Source of the DNA: an uncultured Dehalococcoidia bacterium
GTDB lineage: Bacteria > Chloroflexota > Dehalococcoidia > DSTF01 > WHTK01
DNA length: 64,000 nucleotides
Assembly: GCA_964422735.1 (NCBI GenBank)
Contig: CAYRCD010000002.1
Span: 11,817-75,816, forward strand
Direction of reading: 5' to 3'
Shown in pieces: positions 1-8,214 of this stretch. The notes under the pieces were generated by a model that searched no databases, had not been told where the DNA came from, and was given only the letters and a program-made list of their open reading frames with translations. The translations under genes and the position numbers were made by a program. Every line of letters starts with the position of its first letter. The stretch's first letter is position 1.

Positions 1-292
1 TCAGGTCGCGCATTGTTAGAGTTCCCGGAGAGAATCTCACGAGGCGTGCATCGAGAGTAAACAACTTTGCCCGCGCCCAGGAGGGGTACCGGAGGCCGGC
101 ACTCTGCCAGTCCAAGAGCTCGCAGTCGGTTGGCAGGTTGTGGCGCTGCGCGGTCACCATGGCAACGATCACGTCCCCAGAGGAGTCTTCATAGTCCGGC
201 GGGTTCAATACTATCGCGGGCCTCAGGTCCATCGCGGACAGATCGGTGAAGGGGAAAGGTACGAGAACCACATCACCTCTCGCGAACGCCAT
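1..292 (-). CDS. MazF/PemK-family mRNA-interferase toxin, 3'-partial (runs off window start)
   Basis: Reverse-strand translation from ATG at 292: MAFARGDVVLVPFPFTDLSAMDLRPAIVLNPPDYEDSSGDVIVAMVTAQRHNLPTD..., with the typical PemK/MazF N-terminal motif (RGD-VLV-F-D...RPA-VL). No stop before position 1, so it is absent from the ORF track. Its start overlaps the stop of the upstream 273..611 gene by about 20 nt. Confidence 0.6.
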   Translation of the reverse strand, partial: MAFARGDVVLVPFPFTDLSAMDLRPAIVLNPPDYEDSSGDVIVAMVTAQRHNLPTDCELLDWQSAGLRYPSWARAKLFTLDARLVRFSPGTLTMRDL

Positions 293-611
293 AGATCTCC
301 CGCCAGTTGTTGTAAACGGCGTCCTTGTCGTTGTTCCAGTCTTTCCAGAAGGTTGACAAGCCTAGTCTTGCCCATCCATCCATTTCGCGGAACTTTTCGG
401 GCTCGATACCCAGAGGGCTCGCGAGGGCGTCCAGGTCGGACTTCCTAACCCGAGCGATACCCGGCCCGAACTTGAAGATTGCGATTCTGCCGTTCTTTGC
501 CCACCGATACAGCGTAGCGCGGGTTATTCTCAGGTAGTTAGCCGCTTCAGCTATCGTTAACCAGGTGACAGATTCGGCTCTCATAATACGAGATGATACG
601 CCGTATGACAC
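273..611 (-). CDS. Helix-turn-helix (excisionase/MerR-type) DNA-binding protein; putative antitoxin/regulator partner of the downstream MazF-family gene
   Basis: 112-aa ORF. Motif TIAEAANYLRITRATLYRWAKNGRIAIFKFG is a classic excisionase-family HTH. Its stop overlaps the MazF start, giving an operon-like arrangement. The true start may be the internal Met at 584. Confidence 0.55.
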   Translation of the reverse strand: MSYGVSSRIMRAESVTWLTIAEAANYLRITRATLYRWAKNGRIAIFKFGPGIARVRKSDLDALASPLGIEPEKFREMDGWARLGLSTFWKDWNNDKDAVYNNWREIYGVRER

Positions 612-679
612 CTAACGACAACTGCGACAACTGCGACAGTCCAGCCGCGCGTCGTTTGCACGACCGGAGTCTCCAGCCT

Positions 680-1429
680 TCATGCCAGCGCTCGGAGCGC
701 CTCTCGAAAGTCCAGCTTACCGTCATACAGCGCCCGGCCGATGATCAGCCCGTCGACACCATCAATCGCGGCAACTGAAAGCACGTGCTCGAGAGAGCCC
801 ACGCCGCCGGCGACGATGAACTCTGCCGTCGACATGCCCGGCAGCTCCGCCAGAAGGCGGCGGATTCCGTCCGTGTCCGGGCCCAGGAGAGTACCGTCGC
901 GCGAGATGTCCGTATAGCTCACAGCGACGACCCCGGCTTCCACCGCGCGGCGGATGAACTCGAGGACAGGCTCCCCCGAGGCTTCCTGCCAACCCCTGGT
1001 CGCGATTCGCCCGTCGCGGGCGTCGGCACCGGCTGCGACGCGTCCGCGAAACCGCCGACAGGCTCTCTCGACCAGCTCCGGCTCCTCGACCGCCGCCGTG
1101 CTGAGGAAAACGCGATCGATCCCCGCCTCGAGCCAGCGGCTTATCGTGTCGAGGTCGCGAACGCCGCCGCCGAGCTCAACGGGAATATCGACCGCTTTCG
1201 CGATCTCGGCCACGGCCGCGGCGTTGAACTGGTCACCGCCGCGGGCGCCATCGAGGTCCACGACGTGCAGGCGGCGGGCGCCGAGATCACGCCAGTGGCG
1301 GGCCATGGCCACAGGGTCGTCGCCGTACACGGTCTCGCGGGCGTAGTCACCCTGATAGAGGCGCACACAGCGGCCGCCGCGGAGGTCAATGGCCGGGATC
1401 AGGTCCAAGTGGCACTCCTTGAAAAACAA
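680..1429 (-). CDS. hisA: 1-(5-phosphoribosyl)-5-[(5-phosphoribosylamino)methylideneamino]imidazole-4-carboxamide isomerase
   Basis: 249 aa: LIPAIDLRGGRCVRL...VVDLDGA...GGGVR. HisA/HisF (beta/alpha)8 signature, sits next to hisH. Confidence 0.9.
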   Translation of the reverse strand: MFFKECHLDLIPAIDLRGGRCVRLYQGDYARETVYGDDPVAMARHWRDLGARRLHVVDLDGARGGDQFNAAAVAEIAKAVDIPVELGGGVRDLDTISRWLEAGIDRVFLSTAAVEEPELVERACRRFRGRVAAGADARDGRIATRGWQEASGEPVLEFIRRAVEAGVVAVSYTDISRDGTLLGPDTDGIRRLLAELPGMSTAEFIVAGGVGSLEHVLSVAAIDGVDGLIIGRALYDGKLDFREALRALA

Positions 1430-1474
1430 GGCCAGGCTTCAGCCTGGCCCGAGCCTTCCCTGCCTTCCCCCTCT

Positions 1475-1759
1475 TTATCTCGCGCCCCGGCGTCGTAGCT
1501 CGTTCTCGATCATCCGCTCCTCCGTCTCCCGGCTCCAAAGGTGCGAGAGGACGAAGGTGTTGGCGCCCTCAAAGACGAGCAACGCGCCCCAGATTCCCGC
1601 GACCCACAGCGAGAAGTGCGAGAGACCGCCACCGGTTAGCCAGTCGATCAGGAGCAACCCGCCGATAATCGCGGCGAACGTAACTACATGCCGGTAAAAG
1701 CGCAGCCGGGCGCGCACTCGGCGTCGCGCTCGCCTGTACTGGCGGTCCTCACTGGACAT
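1475..1759 (-). CDS. small 2TM-domain membrane protein (hypothetical)
   Basis: ORF 1475..1960 trimmed to the internal ATG at 1759, which has a GGAGGGTGGGAAG RBS. The longer form would overlap hisH. Two hydrophobic helices (FAAIIGGLLLIDWL / LWVAGIWGALLVF). Confidence 0.5.
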   Translation of the reverse strand: MSSEDRQYRRARRRVRARLRFYRHVVTFAAIIGGLLLIDWLTGGGLSHFSLWVAGIWGALLVFEGANTFVLSHLWSRETEERMIENELRRRGAR

Positions 1760-1829
1760 GGCTTCCCACCCTCCAGAGCCAAAGTGCAGTGAGAAAAACG
1801 GCAGGTCGATGTCGACGCCGTCGAAACCG

Positions 1830-2462
1830 TCAAGACGCCTTCGAGCCATCGCCAAGAGCACCTCGCAGAAAGTTGGCATAGAAGCGGAGCCCGGATGACC
1901 CGCTCTTTTCCGGGTGGAACTGCGTCGCAACCACGTTGTCCCGCGCCAGCACGCTGGCAAACGTGACGCCGTAATCGGTCTCGCCGATCACACAAGTCCG
2001 GTCTTCGGGGTCCGGATAATAGCTGTGGAGGAAGTAGAAGAAAGCGCCGTCCTCGATGCCGTCGAAGGCGGGATGTTCACCGACCTGGCGTACCTGGTTC
2101 CAGCCCATGTGCGGCACCTTCAGGCCACCGGGAAGGCGGCGCACGCGTCCGGGAATGACGCCAAGGCAGGCGTGCTCGCCGCCCTCTTCGCTAACGCTGA
2201 GCAGCGCTTGCTGGCCCATGCACACGCCGAGAAAGGGCCGGCCGTTCCTGATGTACTCGCGTATGGGCTCGACGAGCCCGCCTTGCTGCAGATTGCGCAT
2301 GGTGTCGGCCGCGGCGCCGACGCCGGGCAGGATCAGCGCCTTCGCCTTCTCGATCGCCCGCGCCTCGCAGGAAACCACGGGTTCGTACCCCTGGTGCGCC
2401 ACCGCCCGCGCCACGCTGCGCAGGTTCCCCGCGCCGTAATCGACTATTAGGACCGTCTTCAC
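1830..2462 (-). CDS. hisH: imidazole glycerol phosphate synthase glutamine amidotransferase subunit
   Basis: 210 aa: class-I GATase with GVCMGQQ catalytic Cys and HPEKS. Confidence 0.9.
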   Translation of the reverse strand: MKTVLIVDYGAGNLRSVARAVAHQGYEPVVSCEARAIEKAKALILPGVGAAADTMRNLQQGGLVEPIREYIRNGRPFLGVCMGQQALLSVSEEGGEHACLGVIPGRVRRLPGGLKVPHMGWNQVRQVGEHPAFDGIEDGAFFYFLHSYYPDPEDRTCVIGETDYGVTFASVLARDNVVATQFHPEKSGSSGLRFYANFLRGALGDGSKAS

Positions 2463-2474
2463 GCAGCGATCTTA

Positions 2475-2975
2475 TCAGCCGCCGAGCATCCGCTGCATGC
2501 TTACCAGATCGAGCCAGCGGTCGAACTTGAATCCCAGTTCCCGTTCGCGCCCGGTTTCGAAGAACCCGCACAGGCGGTGCAGCTCGATGCTCGCGACGTT
2601 GCTGGCTTCGATCTTGCCCAGCACGGTGTGAAAGCCGGCCGCCCGGCCACGCACCAGCAACTCCTCCAGCAGCGCCCGCCCGATACCGCGGCGGTGGTGG
2701 TCCGGCCGCACGTATACGGTGTCTTCGACCGTGAACCGGTACCCGGGCCGGTCGCGATAACGCGACAGCGACGCCCAGCCTACGACTTCGCGGCCGCTCT
2801 CGGCCACGAGCGCGGCGTACGGCGCCCGGTGCTCTAGAAGCCATTCCATCTGAGTTTCAAGGCTCCGAGGCTCCAGGTCCCACGTCGCGAGTCCGTTCTC
2901 GACTTCGTGGTTGTAGATAGCCAGCACCGCCCGCATGTCGGCGTCGGTCGCGTCGCGAATAGCAACGTTGGTCAC
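2475..2975 (-). CDS. GNAT family N-acetyltransferase (phosphinothricin-acetyltransferase-like)
   Basis: 166 aa: ATDADMRAVLAIYN...HRRGIGRALLEEL GNAT motif A. Confidence 0.8.
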   Translation of the reverse strand: MTNVAIRDATDADMRAVLAIYNHEVENGLATWDLEPRSLETQMEWLLEHRAPYAALVAESGREVVGWASLSRYRDRPGYRFTVEDTVYVRPDHHRRGIGRALLEELLVRGRAAGFHTVLGKIEASNVASIELHRLCGFFETGRERELGFKFDRWLDLVSMQRMLGG

Positions 2976-3709
2976 GAGAAATCGATCTCTCCTGCCGCGA
3001 GGAGCTTCGGAAGCTCGGCGAGATATTTGATTCCGGGACCGCCGGCGGCGTTTCCCCCGTCGGCGCTCACCCGGATGGCACGGGCGCCGGCTTCCCGCGC
3101 CCAGGCGACCGGACCGGCGTTGTCGTCGACGACGAGCACGTTCAACGGGTCGACGCCCGCGTCCGCGAAGATGGCACGATGGTACTCCACGCTGACTTTG
3201 TGCTTATTGACGAGGTCGGGCCCGTACAAGCGCTCGAAGAGGTGGCGAATGCCCATCCCGTCGAGGTAGTTGCCGATCTCATTGCAGACCTCGCCCGTCG
3301 CCGTGAACAGGCGAAAGCCCATGGCGTGCAGCTCTCGCACTGCCTGGATCGCGCCCGGGATTGCCGACCGTATCCGCGGAAGGACGTACTCGGCGGCCTC
3401 CTCCGCGAGACGCAGACGCTCGTCTGCGGCCGCGGGAGGCTCTACGCCGACGTACGCGCACATCGCCGTAAGCCATTCGTCCTGATCGAGGCGCCACCAT
3501 GACGGAAAGTCGAGCCCCTCTTTCATTCGCTGGAGGGATTTCTGCCAGGTGAGCGGGGCCGTGACGCGGTTCGCCTCCGCCCATCCGGCCGCGGTGCCGC
3601 CGAGCCGAGGCGCCATGAACTCGCCGATCAGCGCCTGCCACTGGGGCCCACGCACGCTGTTGTCGTTCATCACGCCGCCGTCGTCGATGAAGATGGCCTC
3701 GATCCTCAT
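2972..3709 (-). CDS. HAD-family hydrolase
   Basis: ORF 2972..3775 trimmed to MRIEAIFIDDGGV (HAD motif I, DxDG) at 3709. The N-terminal extension is Arg-rich junk. Overlaps the upstream nitroreductase stop in an ATGA-type arrangement. Confidence 0.7.
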   Translation of the reverse strand: MRIEAIFIDDGGVMNDNSVRGPQWQALIGEFMAPRLGGTAAGWAEANRVTAPLTWQKSLQRMKEGLDFPSWWRLDQDEWLTAMCAYVGVEPPAAADERLRLAEEAAEYVLPRIRSAIPGAIQAVRELHAMGFRLFTATGEVCNEIGNYLDGMGIRHLFERLYGPDLVNKHKVSVEYHRAIFADAGVDPLNVLVVDDNAGPVAWAREAGARAIRVSADGGNAAGGPGIKYLAELPKLLAAGEIDFS

Positions 3710-4380
3710 TCGACCCACTTGTCGCGCCACCCGTCTCCGGGCTGGGCTGCTGCGAACGGCCACTCTTGCCCCCATCGGTCCAGACTGGCGTGTTTGACGA
3801 CAGGACGCCGACCCACGGGCCCGAATCGGTCACGCGGGTAGCCCACGGGGAGCAGCGCGAACGCCTGCTGGCCCTCGGGGATCGCCAGGAGGTCCGCGAC
3901 CTTGTCGAAGTTGCGCATATAAAGCGTCGTTAGGGCGCTGCCGAGGCCCATGCCCCGGCAGGCAAGGAGAAAGTTCTGGACCGCGGGGTAGATGCTGCCG
4001 CCGGCGTTCCGGGGGCCGCAGATGAAGACCAGCACCGGCGCCTCATGCATATTGTGCGCGAGATAGCTCGCCGACCGCAGGACCAACCGCTGCTGGCGGG
4101 GCATCGCCGCGATCGCGGCCGCATTCTGCTCGATCTGAAGGTATCCGGAGTTGTTCCAGCCGTCCTCGTACCACCTGGCAATTTGCATGCGTTCTCCCGG
4201 GTCACGGACGACGAGGAAGTGCCAGACCTGATTGTTGCCGCCGGCCGGCGCGCGTATCGCCGCGTCGATCACTTGGAACAGGACCTCGTCGGGCACCGGG
4301 TCCGGCTTGAAGCGCCGCAACGCCCTGGTGGAATAAAGGGCCTCGAACAGGCCCGTCTCCTCCGGTCGCTTGATCTTCAT
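3706..4380 (-). CDS. nitroreductase family protein
   Basis: 224 aa: STRALRRFKPDPVPDEVL...VIDAAIRAPAGGNNQ nitroreductase fold signature. Confidence 0.8.
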   Translation of the reverse strand: MKIKRPEETGLFEALYSTRALRRFKPDPVPDEVLFQVIDAAIRAPAGGNNQVWHFLVVRDPGERMQIARWYEDGWNNSGYLQIEQNAAAIAAMPRQQRLVLRSASYLAHNMHEAPVLVFICGPRNAGGSIYPAVQNFLLACRGMGLGSALTTLYMRNFDKVADLLAIPEGQQAFALLPVGYPRDRFGPVGRRPVVKHASLDRWGQEWPFAAAQPGDGWRDKWVE

Positions 4381-4532
4381 ATCGATCCTTCGCGGCTCGT
4401 GAGCAGCTCTCAGACATCACAGCCTTCCGGTTTCGGTAGGGGCGCCGTCCGCTCCAGGTGAGACGAATTCGGCCTGGGCCCGATTGCCGAGGACTGGTTG
4501 CTGATTACTACCTACTGATTACTTGCTGCTGG

Positions 4533-5441
4533 CTACCTGAACGCCGGCATCACGTCCTCGATATACGACTGCAGCGCCTCCCAGTCCACCGGCGGGCGGA
4601 TGGCGATGTTCACGCGCGCGGCGCCGCCGTCGATGTATTCACCGATTTTGTCGATGACGTCCTGGGGCTCGCCGCTGACGCCGCCCTGAGCGGCGCCGGG
4701 GCGCAGCCGGCCGGTGTCGGCCGCGCCGCGTGACGACATCAGGAAATGGAGATTGACGCTGCGCTCGATGCTTTTCGGGTCGCGGTTCTGGCGCTCGCAC
4801 CACTCGGTCAGCACCTGGCTCTTGTGCTTGAAGACATCGGAGCCGATGTAGGGCACGTTCCAGCCGTCGGCACGCCGGGCGGCGATGCGCAGGGTGCGTT
4901 GCTCGCCGCCGCCACCGACGATGATCGGCACCCGCTCCTGGATCGGCGGCGGGAAATTGGCGACGTTGTCCGTCTTGTAGTAGGTGCCCGAGAAGCTCGA
5001 GCGCTCTCGGGTCATCATGCCGCGGATTACGCGGACGCCCTCGGTCAGACGGTCGAGACGCTCTTTGACCGGAGGAAACGTGTACCCGAAGCCCGCGTGC
5101 TCCTGGACGTGCCAGCCCGCGCCCAGGCCGACCGTCAGCCGGCCGTGGCTGAGGTGGTCGATCGTCGTCAGCGACTTCGCCAGCAAAGCCGGGTTGCGGT
5201 AGTTCATGCAGAACACGAGCGTGCCGATGCGGACGTTCGTCGTCTCCACCGCCAGGGCCGCCATGAGCGCAACCGCTTCATAAGTCGGCGCGTTGCCGTC
5301 GCGAGGAGGCGCCTCGTAGAAGTGGTCCCAGACGCTAATCCAGTCGAAGCCGCTCTGGTCGCAGTGGCGCCAGAGCTTGCGCAACTCGTCGAGAGTGATG
5401 TCCTGCTGGCCGGTGTGGACGCCGAGCTCGATCTTTGGCAT
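4533..5441 (-). CDS. LLM-class (luciferase-like) F420-dependent oxidoreductase
   Basis: 302 aa: TIDHLSHGRLTVGLGAGW...GDPQDVIDKIGEY luciferase-like monooxygenase signature. Confidence 0.8.
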   Translation of the reverse strand: MPKIELGVHTGQQDITLDELRKLWRHCDQSGFDWISVWDHFYEAPPRDGNAPTYEAVALMAALAVETTNVRIGTLVFCMNYRNPALLAKSLTTIDHLSHGRLTVGLGAGWHVQEHAGFGYTFPPVKERLDRLTEGVRVIRGMMTRERSSFSGTYYKTDNVANFPPPIQERVPIIVGGGGEQRTLRIAARRADGWNVPYIGSDVFKHKSQVLTEWCERQNRDPKSIERSVNLHFLMSSRGAADTGRLRPGAAQGGVSGEPQDVIDKIGEYIDGGAARVNIAIRPPVDWEALQSYIEDVMPAFR

Positions 5442-5538
5442 GAAAGGGCCGTCCTCGTTCTAGGGCGGGGCGCGCATTGCTCGGCTAGATTACGGCTAAT
5501 GGCGCCGACAGCGTAACTGCGCGGTCGCCCCAGGCCCC

Positions 5539-6234
5539 TCATGCCGCCGGTTCGGGTAACGCGTCCTTCATCAACAGCCCCGCGCTCGTGGCCAGGATCC
5601 AAACGCCGAAAGCAATGAAGACGATCAAGTTCAGGATGCCCAGCGGCCCCTCGGGGTCCTCATCGAGTACGGCCAAGCTGCTGATCACGCTCGCGATCGC
5701 GATCAGCACACCCAAGCCCCCCAGCCACTTCCACAGGGCGCCGGTGCGAAGGATGACGATCGACGCGGAGAGGATGAGCAGGCCGACCAGAAGCCCGAAG
5801 GCGACGGTGAAGACGTAATACTGCATCGCTACCAGAGTGCGAACCAGCTGATCATCGGCGTAATCGACGGCGCCATACGCAAGCGCTCCCTGGGCGCCAG
5901 AGGCAGCGCCTCCGATGGCGGTCATGATTACGCCAGCCGCGAAGGTGAGCCTGGCCCACACGAACGACTGACCTTCCGCCTGCCCGAGGAACGACCGCAC
6001 AGCGGAAACGAAGGGCAGGAAGAAGAATACGAAGCCCACCGCGATCAGCCACTCGCCGAAAATAAACGTATCTCCCTTGCCACTGAAGTAGTCTTTAATT
6101 TCGCTCGCCTTGTCACCGGCCATGGGCGTGTCGCCTTCGAGGACAACAGCGACCACGAACAGTACGACGTACACAACCCCGGCCAAACCGCCGAGCTTCC
6201 ACCACTGGTTGACTATTCGCGGAGTATCTGTCAT
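5539..6234 (-). CDS. hypothetical polytopic membrane protein
   Basis: ORF 5539..6255 trimmed to ATG at 6234, preceded by GAAGGAGGG. At least 6 predicted TM helices. No recognisable family. Confidence 0.55.
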   Translation of the reverse strand: MTDTPRIVNQWWKLGGLAGVVYVVLFVVAVVLEGDTPMAGDKASEIKDYFSGKGDTFIFGEWLIAVGFVFFFLPFVSAVRSFLGQAEGQSFVWARLTFAAGVIMTAIGGAASGAQGALAYGAVDYADDQLVRTLVAMQYYVFTVAFGLLVGLLILSASIVILRTGALWKWLGGLGVLIAIASVISSLAVLDEDPEGPLGILNLIVFIAFGVWILATSAGLLMKDALPEPAA

Positions 6235-6322
6235 AGCGCTTTCCCTCCTTCTCAATAGATTAACCCTATTGTCAAGGGGATCAGACCCCCAGGGCCGAGA
6301 GCTATACCATTAGCTGTCGACG

Positions 6323-6643
6323 ATGACGGCCTCACCCGATCAGGACCCCGAGAGTTACGCCGGACCGGAGCGCAAGGCTCCGGGGCTCGAGACCATTGCC
6401 ATCGCCTCCTTCCTCGTGGGTCTGGTCCTCTGGTTCGGCGGCGGCTGCTTCGTTTTGAACGGCGGCGGCGATGGCCGCGGGGGCGCCGGCCCATCGCGCC
6501 CGGCGGCATCCACGCCGCTGGTCGTTCGGGGAACACCCACGCGCCTGCCCGACCGCACGAGCTGCGACGAGATTCGGGGCACCGACTATCGCTCCGAGGC
6601 GGAGCGCCAGTTCTTTCTCGCCAACTGCCGGCCGATACCGTAG
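6323..6643 (+). CDS. small hypothetical membrane protein (1 TM, C-terminal Cys pair)
   Basis: 106 aa. Only this frame is not Arg/Pro-rich in the interval. TM IAIASFLVGLVLWFGGGCFVL. No clear SD sequence, so weak. Confidence 0.3.
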   Translation: MTASPDQDPESYAGPERKAPGLETIAIASFLVGLVLWFGGGCFVLNGGGDGRGGAGPSRPAASTPLVVRGTPTRLPDRTSCDEIRGTDYRSEAERQFFLANCRPIP

Positions 6644-6794
6644 TGCAAAGTACAAAGGGCATGGTGCAAGGGGTACAGGCCTGATTCCAGATGTCCGAAC
6701 CTTCTGCGTTTTGTACTTTGCTCCTTTGCTCTTTGCTTCGTTTGCCCCTACACTCCCCCTGACGTTTACGTTACGGTTCTGGTAGGGGATCGGC

Positions 6795-8045
6795 ATGGCC
6801 ACGGGGCCTCTCGCCGGACTGAGGATCATCGACCTGGGTTGGGCCATGGCCGGACCGCAGGCGACGCGCATCCTCGCCGACTTCGGCGCCGAGGTGATCA
6901 AGGTCGAAAGCCAGGCCCGCCCCGACCAGGCTCGCACCGTCTTCGGACCTCACGTGGGCGAGCGCGGCCTCAATAACAGCGGCTACTTCAACAACTTCAA
7001 CCGCAACAAGCTCAGCGCCGCTATCAATATGCAGAAGTCCGAGGGTCGCGAGATCTTCGCACGCCTCGTCGCCATCTCCGACGCCGTCCTCGAGAACTTC
7101 AGCGCCGGGGTCATGAAGAAATGGGGCTTTCACTACGACGCCCTGCGCGAGATCAAGCCCGACATCGTCTACGTGAGCATGGCGGGCTTCGGCCACGAGG
7201 GACCCTACGGGCAATACCAGACCTACGGTCCGACCGTGCAGGCCGTCTCCGGTCTCACCTTCCAGTCGGGCTTCCCCGAGCTGGCGGCGGCCGGCTGGGG
7301 CTACTCTTACATGGACCACACCGGCGGCTACTTCGGCTGCATGGCCATCCTCCAGGCGCTCCTCTACCGCCGCCGCACCGGGAACGGCCAATGGGTCGAC
7401 CTCTCCCAGGTCGAGGCCGCCATTTCCCTTACCGGCACCGCCATCCTCGACCACGCCGTGAACGGGCGGCCTTCTGCCCGCATCGGCAACCGCAGCGGCC
7501 ATCCGGCGATGGCGCCCCATGGCGTCTATCGGTCGAGCCCGGACCCTGGCGAGGACGGCGTCGGCGACGACGAATGGGTCGCGATCGCCGTCGCAACCGA
7601 GGAGCAGTGGCTCACCCTCTGCCGCGTCACCGGTCACACCGAGTGGCAGACTGATCCGCGTTTCGCAACCCTCCCGGCGCGCCTGGAACACCAGGACGAC
7701 CTTGACGCGCTTATCACCGCGTGGACGCGCGTACGCTCCAACAAGGAAACGCAGGACCTTCTGCAGGCGGTGGGCGTGCCGGCCGGCCGCGTCCAGCGCT
7801 CGCGCGAGCTATACGACGACGAGCCCCAACTCGCGTTCCGCGGCCTTTACCCCATGACACCACGCCATCCCAATATCGGGCGCCACCGTGTCGACGGCAT
7901 GCCGGCGATGCTCTCCCGCACACCCGCCGCTGTGGAGCGCTACGGGCCGCTCCTGGGCCAGCACAACGGCTACGTCTTCGGCGACCTCCTCCAGATGCCC
8001 CGCGACGAGATTCGCCGCCTGGAAGAGGAGCAGGTCCTGTGGTAG
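6795..8045 (+). CDS. CaiB/BaiF family-III CoA-transferase
   Basis: 416 aa: LRIIDLGWAMAGPQATRILADFGAEVIKVE N-terminal family-III signature. Confidence 0.85.
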   Translation: MATGPLAGLRIIDLGWAMAGPQATRILADFGAEVIKVESQARPDQARTVFGPHVGERGLNNSGYFNNFNRNKLSAAINMQKSEGREIFARLVAISDAVLENFSAGVMKKWGFHYDALREIKPDIVYVSMAGFGHEGPYGQYQTYGPTVQAVSGLTFQSGFPELAAAGWGYSYMDHTGGYFGCMAILQALLYRRRTGNGQWVDLSQVEAAISLTGTAILDHAVNGRPSARIGNRSGHPAMAPHGVYRSSPDPGEDGVGDDEWVAIAVATEEQWLTLCRVTGHTEWQTDPRFATLPARLEHQDDLDALITAWTRVRSNKETQDLLQAVGVPAGRVQRSRELYDDEPQLAFRGLYPMTPRHPNIGRHRVDGMPAMLSRTPAAVERYGPLLGQHNGYVFGDLLQMPRDEIRRLEEEQVLW

Positions 8046-8214
8046 CGGCGGGCCGAACCCCAGCCCGCGTCGGACGTAGAGACGCAGCTTTAGCTCCGTT
8101 CCGTCGCCGCGACCTACGACAAGGTTGCGCCGTCTGGTTGACAAACACATCGCCGGACGAACCTGAAGGTTCGTCTCTACGTGCGACGCAAAGCCTCTTC
8201 CCGGGGGAAGCGCA

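Noticed and set aside
3279-3833. Long Arg/Pro/Gly-rich ORFs on the strand opposite real genes (e.g. 3279..3833, 7121..7654, 19039..19992, 40741..42264, 48047..48970)
   Set aside because: Their composition (RRRR, PGR repeats) is typical of off-frame translation of high-GC coding DNA. Each is fully covered by a well-supported gene on the other strand or frame.
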